A stretch of DNA of 64,000 nt from Octopus bimaculoides (taxonomy: Eukaryota). Shown here in pieces: positions 53,217-64,000 of the stretch (positions are counted from its first letter, which is position 1; each line of letters begins with the position of its first letter). The DNA is taken from the NCBI RefSeq assembly GCF_001194135.2, contig NC_068982.1, positions 6,574,359 through 6,638,358 of the forward strand, in the 5' to 3' direction. The notes under the pieces were generated by a model. That model did not search any database. It saw nothing but the letters and a program-made list of their open reading frames with translations, and was not told the DNA's origin. Made by a program: the position numbers and the translations under genes.

Positions 53217-54582
53217 CTCTTCCACAAGCCCCTTCCTACACAGCTACTCCGCCTGTCTGACTACACCACCCCTAACTCTCATTTGCATTACTCCACCTAC
53301 TAAAGAACAAAAACAAACAAAACTATACAATGCCAAAAAAGATCAAAGTAAGCCACAGTGTGATGACAGCTGGCCAGCCAAAACTTTGAACCATTGTCAA
53401 GCTTTTATTAGTCAAAATTAATAAAACACATACAGATACGTGTGTATATGTGTGCGTATGGGTGTGTATGAATATTTATCTGTCTATCTATCTATCTATC
53501 TAGCTATATATATATATATATATATATATNNNNNNNNNNNNNNNNNNNNNNNNNNNNNNNNNNNNNNNNNNNNNNNNNNNNNNNNNNNNNNNNNNNNNNN
53601 NNNNNNNNNNNNNNNNNNNNNNNNNNNNNNNNNNNNNNNNNNNNNNNNNNNNNNNNNNNNNNNNNNNNNNNNNNNNNNNNNNNNNNNNNNNNNNNNNNNN
53701 NNNNNNNTGATTATATATATATATATATATATATATGATTATATATATATATATATATATATATGATTATATATATATATATATATATGATTATACACAT
53801 ATATATTAAATTATATATAAATACACATATATATACATATATCAATTGCTAGTGACAGAAGCAGTATTAATAGCAAAAAGCAATCTTTATGACTTACTTA
53901 ATACAAATGTTTTATTAAAACACTGAATACTGCATTATTTACTTTTAGAGGTCCTTTATATGGACTCACGGTGCATAAAAGCACTCATATTTATATTGTT
54001 GCTAGACAAGGATCATCTGGTGTAGGTACTGGAATTGCCAGACTTTGACTGTCAGCCACTGATGAAACTGAATGAATCGAAATACATGATCTGGTAGTTC
54101 TTGCACCTGTAACAGGTGATTCTCGCCTGCTTCCAATTTAACTAGGAGTGCTTTTATGCACCATTTGTCCACATGAGGGATCCTCTCAAGATAAATGATG
54201 TAGTATTCTATGTTCTAACAAAACAGTTATGTTAAGGTGGTCATAGGCCTGGGTGTATATGAGACAATCTCTATCATCCATTTTTTTTTACGAGGGCATA
54301 GCCACAACAAGACCGGTAGAATGCAGTCACCGTATTCCCTACATGGCATAAGAGGTGACTAAAAGGGGCAGGGGCAGAGGGACCGAGAATCTATTCCTCC
54401 TAGTAATTTCATATTCCTAAAAAGACAAGGGGTGGGAGAAGGTTAGCACCTAATCTCACCCAAATATTAGGGTCATGGTTTGAGTTCCAATACGTGTGTG
54501 TATGTAAATAAAGGAAGAAGTAGAAAATCAGGTGGGATTAAATGTGATGATTTATTCAATACATTAAAGAGTATTGAAATAC

Positions 54583-55215
54583 ATCATCATCATCATTTAA
54601 CGTCTATTTTCCATGCTGGCATGGGTTGGATGGTTTAACTGGGGATTGACAAACCAGGAGGCTGCACCAATCTGATCTGGCAGTGTTTCAACAGCTAGAT
54701 GTGTTTCCTAGCACCAACATCTCTGAAAGTGTAGTGGGCGCTTTTTATGTGCCATCGGCATGGGAGCTAGTGAGGCGGCACTGGCGTCGACCACGTTCAG
54801 ATAGTGCTTTTTACTTGCTACCAGCACAGGAGCCAGTCGGGATGGGGAGACTGGCATTGACCATGTTCGGACAGTCCCACCTGACTGGCTTCCATGCTGG
54901 TGGCACATAAAAAGCACCATTCGAGCATGATCGATGCCTGTGCCACCTGACTGGCTTCCATGTCGGTGGCACATAAAAAGCACCATTTGAGCATGACCGA
55001 TACCAGTTCCACCTGACTGGCTCCCATACCAGTGTCACATAAAAGCACCCACTACACTCAGAGCAGTTGGCGTTAGGAAGGGCATCCACTTGTAGAAACC
55101 TTGCCAGATCATATTGGAGCCTAGTGTGCAGCCTCCTGGCTTGCCAGTCCTCAGTCAAACTGTCCAACCCATGCCAGCATGGAAAACAAATGTTAAACGA
55201 CGATGATGATGATGA
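54583..55215. mobile_element. Two RTE 3' UTRs arranged divergently (minus 54583-54880, plus 54880-55215)
   Basis: (CAT)n at left end, (GAT)n at right end. Confidence 0.85.
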
Positions 55216-55843
55216 TTTCTTTATTGATTATTTTTACAAAGAGCTGGGTGTAATCTGAGAGAGATTTGGCTGGCAGACTTCATAAATTTGAGCGACCATT
55301 TAAAGGTTTCCTTGTGGGTTCTTTTCTAATTATTATTTTACTTGGACTTTCTTGTAATTACACACACTTGTATACAAAAATGCACATTTCATCCAACCCA
55401 TGTCAGCATGGGAAATGGGCATAAAACGATGATTATGATAATGATACGCGTTGCCTACTGCTTTCTACTCCTTAATGGAACCATAGGGGTATCGTCGTGA
55501 TGTACTGTGAGTCTTGCACATTCATAAACCTGGCAATGTCCATTTCTCTTCCGGCCTGATCATATCTAATTTCTTCTAGAGGAGAGAAAGACAGATGAAA
55601 ACAAAGGAAGTGTGTGTGTGAGAGAGAGAGAAAGAGAGAGAAGAATTTCTCTTTGTCCAGTGGTAAGTAAGGGCAATTATTTATCAGCCCTGAAAGGATG
55701 AAGTACAAAGTTGACCATGGCAGAACTTGAACTCAAAACACAGGCACTCATGATTAGTGAAAAGTTATCTGTCCAATACTCTAATGACTCTGCCAATTGA
55801 CTGCCTTATATGTGTGTGCTTTCATACATACATACACAGACAC

Positions 55844-55876
<33 letters not shown>

Positions 55877-56292
55877 CATACCTATGTATGTATACACACA
55901 CGCAACCACACACGTTTTTTGTGAAACTTATACTATTTATAGTAAATTTTTGTTGTGCTTTTTAGATGTAATTATATTTGCATATATTTTTATTGTAATG
56001 CAGATACATGTCTAAAGTTGAACTTTTTCCAAGTTTCTATGCAGCATAAAGCATTTGAGATTTACTGCTGATTTAAATTTTTTTTGACTTAGAAAGATAT
56101 TGTCTTTAGGATGTATTTTATATATTTTCTTCTCATTATAATTTGATATGCAACACATGAAATAGAAACAATTCTAACAGAAATGTATATTTATTCAGCG
56201 AGAGATTTAGAGGAAGTCATGTTTCTTGTTTAGTGGATTTGTGTTCCAATGAAAATGGTGTCTGCTTGGACCAACATTTTTCAACGTATTTT

Positions 56293-56380
56293 TCCGGTGG
56301 CCCACTTTTTAATAACAGATTTTCTAATGTTTCACTTTTTAATAATAGATTTCCTAATGTCTCACTTTTTAATAACAAAA
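56293..56380. repeat. 30-bp tandem repeat, about 3 copies
   Basis: CACTTTTTAATAA(C/T)AGATTT(T/C)CTAATGT(T/C)T units. Confidence 0.9.
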
Positions 56381-56437
56381 AATCTGGTGCCCATCAACAT
56401 TGTTTTTATATAGAAAAACGATTTTTAATTCAGTTAC

Positions 56438-56550
56438 CTGGTTGATGAATACCTCAACTCTTTTAGCGAGAACCCTGTGCCTGGTGCATACGGCATAGAC
56501 CCTTGATTTGAGGAGACGATTTCGTTAACTTCAGCTGTCAATCGCCACAT
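56438..56550 (-). CDS. Candidate first exon (coding status uncertain)
   Basis: AAAATG TGG... open to a donor: MWRLTAEVNEIVSSNQGSMPYAPGTGFSLKELRYSST, phase 2. No recognised homology. Confidence 0.3.
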
Positions 56551-56930
56551 TTTGTAAGTTCAAGTCGGTTTCTCTTGGCTTCCAGCAAATTGTCAACTGC
56601 ACTGAATCCACATTTGACCAAATAAGATGAAGGAAAATGAATCAATAATTCTCTTGGACAATAGATATTGAAACAGAGAAACAAACGCCTAACAGATGCA
56701 GATACCTCACACAGTACTCTGATTGGTCGTAGCTACATCGATTCCCATGGTTTAAATATAAATATTGATTGGCAATATATTTCTTTCCTATTTCAATGTC
56801 CAAAGATAGGCTTAGGGTCAACAAATGTGCGCTCAAGTCACTTTCAAAAAGTTTCACGGCCCATGCTCACACCTGCCCCACCCTAATTTCCCCACTCTCC
56901 ACATTGGGAGACACGGGCCTGGACCAACAT
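56440..56930. promoter_or_regulatory. Putative (bidirectional) promoter region
   Basis: Locally CpG-rich unique sequence. Two ATTGG (CCAAT) boxes at 56722 and 56768, an AT-rich TATA-like run at 56751-56764, and outward-facing donor sites at 56437 (minus, CAG|GTAACT) and 56931 (plus, CAT|GTAAGC). Confidence 0.4.
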
Positions 56931-57954
56931 GTAAGCATGGAGCTGGCTTATGCTTTCCTTACCAGCTCTATGGAAATGGACTTTTCAGTTCGATTCCAGC
57001 ATCTCTGATGGACTGTCTTTGAGATATGTTAATGGTCAAAGAAAAAGATGCTGGAAATTTAAGATGAAAGTTGATTGAACTGAAATAACATGTTTGATAT
57101 GATGAGGAGAACCTGCAGGATGAAGATATCACCCTTCAGACAACCAATCATCATGATGGCTTTAAACACTGGTGCTATATAAAAACCACCCAGTACACTC
57201 TGTAAAGAGGTTGGCATTAGGAAGGGCATCCATAGAAACTTTTCCAAAACTGCCAGTGGAATCTGGTGAGGCTTCTGGCCTTACCAGCTCCGGCAAACCA
57301 TTAAGCCAGTCCCAGCGTGGAAAACGGAAATAAGTTATTTCTTATTAAACATAAATCAAGATCGCAATCAAAATGGAAATTGTAGTTGTCGCTGATGCCA
57401 GTGCTGCCTGACTGGCTCCCCATGCTGGTGGCATGTGATAAGAACCATTCAAGCTTGGGTCGATGCCAATGTCACCTGACTGGCTGCCTGTGCCAATGGC
57501 ACATACAAAAGCACCATCCAAACGTGGTCGATGCCAGTCTCTGCTCGACTGGCTCCTGTGCCGGTGGCATGTAAAAAGCACCATCCGAACGTGGTCGATG
57601 TTAGTGCCGCTTGACTGGTACAAGTCTTATTTCATGAAGACAATTCGTGTATAGTTCTGCAAATTATATTGATCCTAGAGCGTCTATGCTGACGAGAACA
57701 CGGATGTTGTTACGTAAGTAAAATGTTAATGTTCGAAACTGCAGTCCATGGATAATTCTTTATTCTGTATATTTCTCATTTTGTCCTGTTCGGGTGTTTT
57801 TGTGAAATTTTTCTGGAGAACATTATTTTTCTTTGTGGTTGGGTTGTTGATGACCTCTTTCTAGCATATTGGATGTCCACCTAGTGGTCATCCCTTATAC
57901 ACGTGTAATACAATATATAAATAGACAGACAGACAGGTAGATAGATAGATAGAT

Positions 57955-57988
<34 letters not shown>

Positions 57989-58422
57989 ACAGACAGACAG
58001 ACAAATAGATAGATAGATACACAGAGAAATAGACATAGACATATAGATATACTGTACAAGGTGTTTGGGCTCAATCAACATGCATGTATGTACACACATA
58101 GATATACAAGGTGTTCAGGTTAAATTTATCTGTTCGCATAAAAGGGAAAAAACACAATATCCCAGCCAAAACTAAAAGTATTTTTAAAATATCAAGAAAT
58201 ATCAATTAGATAATGGCTGGGAGATAACAGTTTACTGAAAGTATATAATATGGATAATGAAACGAATGGCTTACACCTGGTAGCTTACTGGTAAAGTACT
58301 CACGCCATGCAGCTTACCCGAGGGCCTTTATGCATCCATATTTGTTACCGGTTATTTTTAATACTTTTCTCGCAAGATTACATGTTCGTTTCTCTTCTTG
58401 CCATCTGGGATTTTATTTTTGA
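56796..58422 (+). CDS. Candidate three-exon small ORF or lncRNA (56796-56930, 57679-57713, 58377-58422; 71 aa)
   Basis: Donors GTAAGC and GTAAGT, acceptors CCTAG and CTCGCAAG, phases compatible, AATAAA near 58612. No homology recognised. Confidence 0.25.
57170..57625 (+). mobile_element. RTE 3' UTR fragments
   Basis: Tail fragment 57170-57340, tandem units 57360-57625. Confidence 0.75.
57920..58050. repeat. Compound tetranucleotide repeat (AGAC/AGAT/AGGC)
   Basis: Direct reading. Confidence 0.95.
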
Positions 58423-58659
58423 TTTTCTATGTAAATGAAGATATTTCCTCCGTCTGGCTGCTTCTCTCTATAAAACAGAAAGTTACATTGCGGAACAATC
58501 ATTTTAAACGAGTTGTATTTATTTATCACCCGATGCTCTTGAACCAGTTGCTGAGTGTCCCACCCAAACGGAATCGATGCTAGATGTGTTGAAACAATTG
58601 TCATGATTAATAATAAATTCTTGTATATTCCATCTTCCGTCTTTCATTTGCCATATCTT

Positions 58660-59090
58660 TACTCTTTACACTTTTACTTATTTCAGTCATTTTTGACTGT
58701 GGCCATGCTGGAGCACCGCCTTTAGTCGAGCAAATCGACCCCAGGACTTATTCTTTGGAAGTCTAGTACTTATTCTATCAGTCTCTTTTGCCGAACCGCT
58801 AAGTTACGAGGGCGTAAACACACCAGCATCAGTTGTCAAGCGATGTTGGGAGGACAAACACAGACACAAACACACACACACAAATATATACACACACACG
58901 CACATACATATATACATACATATATACGACGGGTTTCTTTCAGTTTCCGTCTACCAAATCCACTCACAAGGCTTTGGTCAGCCCGAGGCTATAGTAGAAG
59001 ACACTTGCCCAAGGTGCCATGCAGTGGGACTGAACCCGGAGCTATGTGGTTCATAAGCAATCTACATACCACACAGCCACTCCTATGTCT
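58660..59090 (-). mobile_element. tRNA-derived SINE family B (young)
   Basis: Near-consensus, CpGs retained. Confidence 0.9.
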
Positions 59091-59269
59091 ATATATATAT
59101 ATATATATATATNNNNNNNNNNNNNNNNNNNNNNNNNNNNNNNNNNNNNNNNNNNNNNNNNNNNNNNNNNNNNNNNNNNNNNNNNNNNNNNNNNNNNNNN
59201 NNNNNNNNNNNNNNNNNNATATATATAAAATTAAAACTTACTTGCAAAGGGACATGCGGCATTCGATAA

Positions 59270-59790
59270 TATAATAATACAAATGATATGTTAGCATATG
59301 CATATATACATACATATATGTACATACCTACATCTACATGTATATATACATGCATATCCGGGTACAGGACGTCAAAAAAACGTGGACAAAATAAGAAATG
59401 GGAACATAAACAAAGCACAAAAAACGAATTTTTTTTACGTACAACAGAATGAACACATAGGAAAACAGACAAGCCACGTATGGAACTTTTCCTTCATCAA
59501 CTGCCTCTATTCTAAACTAGGCATTTCGAAGATGAGACATCTTCCTTCAAACAGACAGTCAGGAGTGACACCTGCTGGGTTTGGCTGCTCTACATTGATA
59601 AGAGGCAAATACCCTGAAACTAGTCTGTAGATGCTAAACCAGCAAGGGGAAGTGGGTGACCTTCCTTGTTCGAAGGTTATAATGGACACAGGTTCGTGTG
59701 TCACATAGCTAGCTAGAGGCGATGGCCTCTTGGAGCTAATCAACGGCAGCATTCGTCCTATTTTTCTGGACAGCCATGTTGGCTTGGCGA
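59270..59790 (-). mobile_element. Unclassified CpG-rich repeat with degenerate Penelope-type terminus
   Basis: Minus: GCAGTTGATGAAGGAAAAAGTTCCATACGTGGC. Lies between two SINE B copies. Confidence 0.35.
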
Positions 59791-59809
59791 TAACTATTAA
59801 TATGTATAC

Positions 59810-60225
59810 TCTTACTCTCTTTTACTTGTTTCAGTCATTTGACTGTGGCCATGCTGGAGCACCACCTTTAGTCGAGCAAATCGACCCCAGGACTTATTCT
59901 TTGTAAGCCTAGTACTTATTCTATCAGTCTCTTGTGCCGAACTGCTAAGTTACGGAGATGTAAACACACCAGCATCGGTTGTCAAGTGATGTTGGGGGGA
60001 CAAACACAGACACACAAGCATATACACACACATACATACATATATATATATACATATATACGACTGGCTTCTTTCAGTTTCCGTCTACCAAATCCACTCG
60101 CAAGGCTTTGGTCGGCCCGAGGCTATAGTAGAAGACACTTGCCCAAGGTGCCATGCAGTTGGAAAGAAACCGGAACCATGTGGTTGGTAAGCAAGCTACT
60201 TACCACACAGCCACTCCTGCGCCTA
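59810..60225 (-). mobile_element. tRNA-derived SINE family B (young)
   Basis: Near-consensus, similar to 58660-59090. Confidence 0.9.
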
Positions 60226-61459
60226 TATATATATCTGCACCTGTATATATATATCTACACAGCAAATTCTATCTGACCCATGCAAGCATGGAAAACTGCA
60301 TGTTAAATCAATGATGATATATGCATCTGTGTATGTAAGTAAACACACACACGCACACACAAGTATATTTTGATACCTCAAGAAATTAATAATCTTAACA
60401 AATTTTATGTCCTTTAGATGGTTGAAATGGCACTTTCATGATGTAACTGGTGTATGAAATGATATATATAAGTATACATTGTAGTATACATATGTATATA
60501 TGTATGTATGTGTGTGTTCAGGTATTTAACTTCTGCTTTAATATTCACAAAATTCTTTGAAATATGTGACAAGGCTGTTTAGAAGCTAAATAGAATATCC
60601 AATTTAGTTGTTCATAATGAAGAATTTTTTGCATAAAATGAAAATAAGTGGCAAAAAAAAAAAATAGCAATCTAAAATTAGACTGAAGGATCATAAAAAT
60701 CATTGCTATTTTAGATAGCGTTTACTTAATGAAATGTATCTTTTGTAGTTTTAAAGCTCAATTTATTTCTACTGTAAAATTAATAATGTTCAAACTCATA
60801 TTTCTTCTTCTTTATATCCCTTCAATCAATCTATGTATTCTTTTGGCTGTGCTTCTTGGAATATTTCAAAGATCACCATTATTTCTATTACTGCCATTAC
60901 CGACACCTTCTTGACTATCAGCCTCATCAACCGTCAACACTTTCCCCATGGATGTGAGTTATGACATTAAGAACAGGATTACAGGCTGCAGCAGCGAGTA
61001 TAATGGAAGGAGAGACGCAAACAGTTCCAGCAGCGGCAGCGGCAGGATTCCTAGTAGAAATAGTATCAGCAACAGCAGGATTGTGCGGTAGCAGCTTCAG
61101 GAACATTAGTCACATGGATGCAATACACAGAAGTGATCAATAGTGTTCTATAAGTTCTAGTTCTGATGATTCTGGATAGCTTAACTTCTGAACTCAGATA
61201 ATAGGGCTTCAACTATAGCCATGAGCCAATCAAAGCCTTGTGAGTAGATTTGGTAGATGGAAACTGAAAGAAGCCCTTCATATATTTATATATGCGTGTT
61301 GAATCAAGTAAAACCAAAATCGTAGGTATGGCCAGTTCCCCCTGACTGGCTCCCGTGCTGATGGCACGTAAAAAGCACCATCCAAATGTGGTCAACTGAA
61401 CCTAGAACCACGTGGTTGGGAAGCAAGCTACTTACCGCACAGCCACTCCTATGCCTCTC

Positions 61460-63524
61460 AGTGTTGTTTGTGTTGCCGTCACATGTGGTATGTGTATCTC
61501 TCGCTCTGTGTGATTACTGTTTTAACTGTTTCCATTGCGTTAGATCATGAATAGGAGAGGCTGTGTGAATCACCCAGACAACTGTTGTTATGTATGTAGA
61601 ACGTTTGCTCCGTGTGACCAGCGGAAGAACATTACCACCAAATTAAAAACTACCTATAAATATTATTTCGAGTGTAAAGTTGGGGACCAAGACAAGAGGT
61701 GGGCACTTCATATATGCTACACCATGTGTGATTCAGGGCTTACACAGTGGCTGAATGGAAAACAGAAGGGAATACCTTTTGCTGTAGCAATGGTATGGCG
61801 TGAGCCAGCCGATCATGTCTCTGATTGTTACTTTTTGCATGACTAATATTAGTGGTTTCTCAAAGAAAACCAAAGCAAAAATTGTGCATGCAGATTGTAA
61901 GTCGGCTTTAAAACCAGTCCTACATGACTTCGAGAACCCTGTCCCAGTTCCCCTCTCACATGATTCACTGGAAGACCTTGACACGTCTCATGATGAACCC
62001 CCTGACTCTCCTATCAATGAAGAGTACGTAGTTGATTCTAAGAAAAATGAGCCAGGCTGGTTTAATCAAGAAGATTTAAATGATTTAGCAAGAGACCTAG
62101 CATTGTCAAAGGAGAGGACAGAAGTTTTGAGATCCAAACTACAACAATGGAATCTCAAACAGCAAGGAAGGGAAATTTCCATTTTCCGTTCCCACCATGA
62201 AGGCTCATCTGTCTTTTTCAAGCATGAAAAGAATGCTTGTTTCTGTATTGATGCTAATGCGCTCATGCAAAAACTAGGACACGAGCATGTGGTTAACGAA
62301 TGGAGAATGTTTATAGAATGTTTATAGCCTTGTCAAAGCTGTGTTGTCACATTATGGTAGCGAAAAACCTTCCATTCCTGTGGATCATGTTGTCGGTATG
62401 GAAGAAACTCATGAATCATTGGAACTCTTTCTGAACGGAGTTAATTACTCAGTTCACATGAGGAAATATTTATGATGATTTAAAGGTGATTTCTCTCCTC
62501 CTAAGACTGCAGCTGGGATATACCAAAAATATATGCTTCGTGTGTGTTTGGAACAGCCACAACGACAGCAATCATTACACCGTAAAAGACTGGCCTAAAA
62601 GAGATGAGCACGTAGTTGATCAATACAATGTGTGGCATATTCCACTGGTAGACCTGTAAAAGATCTTCCTTCCACCCCTTCGCATCAAACTCGGTCTCAT
62701 GAAAAACTTCGTAAAAGCAATGGTTGTGGCTTCCAGTACCTAAATGTAAAATTTGGTGCAGAGAAAAGTGACATAAAACTGAAAGCAGGCATTTTCATTG
62801 GACCCAAGATCAGAGAATAGATATCTGATAGCAAATTCAGAGGTAAACTGAATCCAGTTGAGCTGACAGAATGGGATTTATTCGTGTGAGTTGTACAGAA
62901 CTTTCTTGGAAATCATAGAGCTGAAAACTATGCTGATTCAATAAACAACATGCTAACAGCATATCAAAGAATGGGATGTCGAATGTCCTTTAAAATGCAC
63001 TTCTTGCATTCTCATTTCGATTTTTTTATAACAATCTTGGTGTCGTTAGTAATGAGTATGGTGGGAGGTTCCACCAGGACATATCTGAGATGGAAACGAA
63101 GTATCAGGGCCAGTTCGATCCACACATGATGGGTGACTACTGCTGGTTCCCACAACAGGAGACAAACGCAACACATAAGTGCAAGAACAAGTGTCTCAAA
63201 CATTTCTGAGCTGAGCATATAAAAAATAAAGTGAATATTCCCTTAACATAAATATACTATCTACCATTATATTATAATACTATTTGCCTTGAACATAAAT
63301 TTACTATATACAATACTAATATACTATTATAATAATTATGTAACTTGAACTTCACTATTCCTGATTCTAATATACTATTAACATAAAATAATATGCCTAA
63401 CTCAAAATCCTGACGTGCTAGAGCGATTCCGAGTTCAGATTCGGAAACAGCGTATTCGATTTAGTTTAGTACAGCACCATTTGTCTGGGTAGCAGACAAT
63501 AAATCCTTTTTTTGTTGCCCAGTT
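61460..63524 (+). mobile_element. Chapaev3-type (CMC superfamily) DNA transposon, transposase pseudogene
   Basis: From ATG 61547: GDQDKRWALHIC, WREPADHVSDCYF, QEDLNDLARDLALSKE, RIKLGLMKNFVKAM, KLKAGIFIGPKIRE, GCRMSFKMHFLHSH, RFHQDISEMETKYQG, MMGDYCW, across frameshifts. Right end ...TTGTTGCCCAGT; left terminus not found. Family name is from recalled motifs. Confidence 0.75.
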
Positions 63525-64000
63525 TAATTGACTACCTCTCACAACAAATCTTATATCTAACAGTTTATTTATAGTTATTAGCAGCTCAGGCAATTCAGTC
63601 TGTATGTTAAGAATCTCATAACCTTTAACCTTTGTCAATAATGTTATAGGATTTACATTTAAGGTTCTTTTTAAACATATATATAGGCTGTAGGTAACAA
63701 TCTAATATTCTCTGTAACAATCTTTATCAGTGTTATTTATGAGCTGCGTTCATGTACTTGGCATCATATTTGTCTGCATCTACCCAGACAAACATTATTC
63801 TAAATCAATATTCATTAGAAATTATTTGCGAACCAATATTAAAAACACAGATTATAATCAGATTATCATATTAAAAGAAACTCAATTCATAATCTTCTTG
63901 CTGGAGTCCTATATTATACAAGTAACACTGCAACTGGAATAATTTATCACCTCCATAAGTCGTGTTTACTGGAAATTAGATTTTTCTTACTGTACAGTTT

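Overview
AT-rich, repeat-saturated eukaryotic DNA with eight N-gaps (9999-10127, 17987-18086, 20807-21013, 31112-31232, 41502-41511, 42647-42946, 53530-53707, 59113-59218). The repeat repertoire (RTE LINE 3' ends with (ATG)n tails, tRNA-derived SINEs, dense (TA)n/(TAA)n/(CA)n) looks like an Octopus genome; this is inference from recalled repeat sequences, not a search. No intact conserved protein-coding gene is recognisable. Almost all long ORFs in the track are microsatellite, gap or transposon artefacts. Recognisable relics: a full-length Tc1/mariner DD37D (maT) element, a Chapaev3-type transposase pseudogene, DD34D mariner pieces, R4/Dong-like, RTE and Penelope-like retroelement fragments, and piggyBac-, hAT- and Tc1-type MITEs. 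The most interesting feature is a four-copy ~360-480 bp composite element. It has two inverted arms that each carry a minimal hammerhead-ribozyme core, an internal tRNA-like Pol III head, (TAA)n spacers, and 11-12 bp target-site duplications in three copies. Also notable: a mariner apparently split by a local inversion, a pair of dead paralogous coding segments, several long hairpins, and a CpG-rich putative bidirectional promoter near 56.7 kb with low-confidence exon candidates. Most repeat boundaries are approximate.
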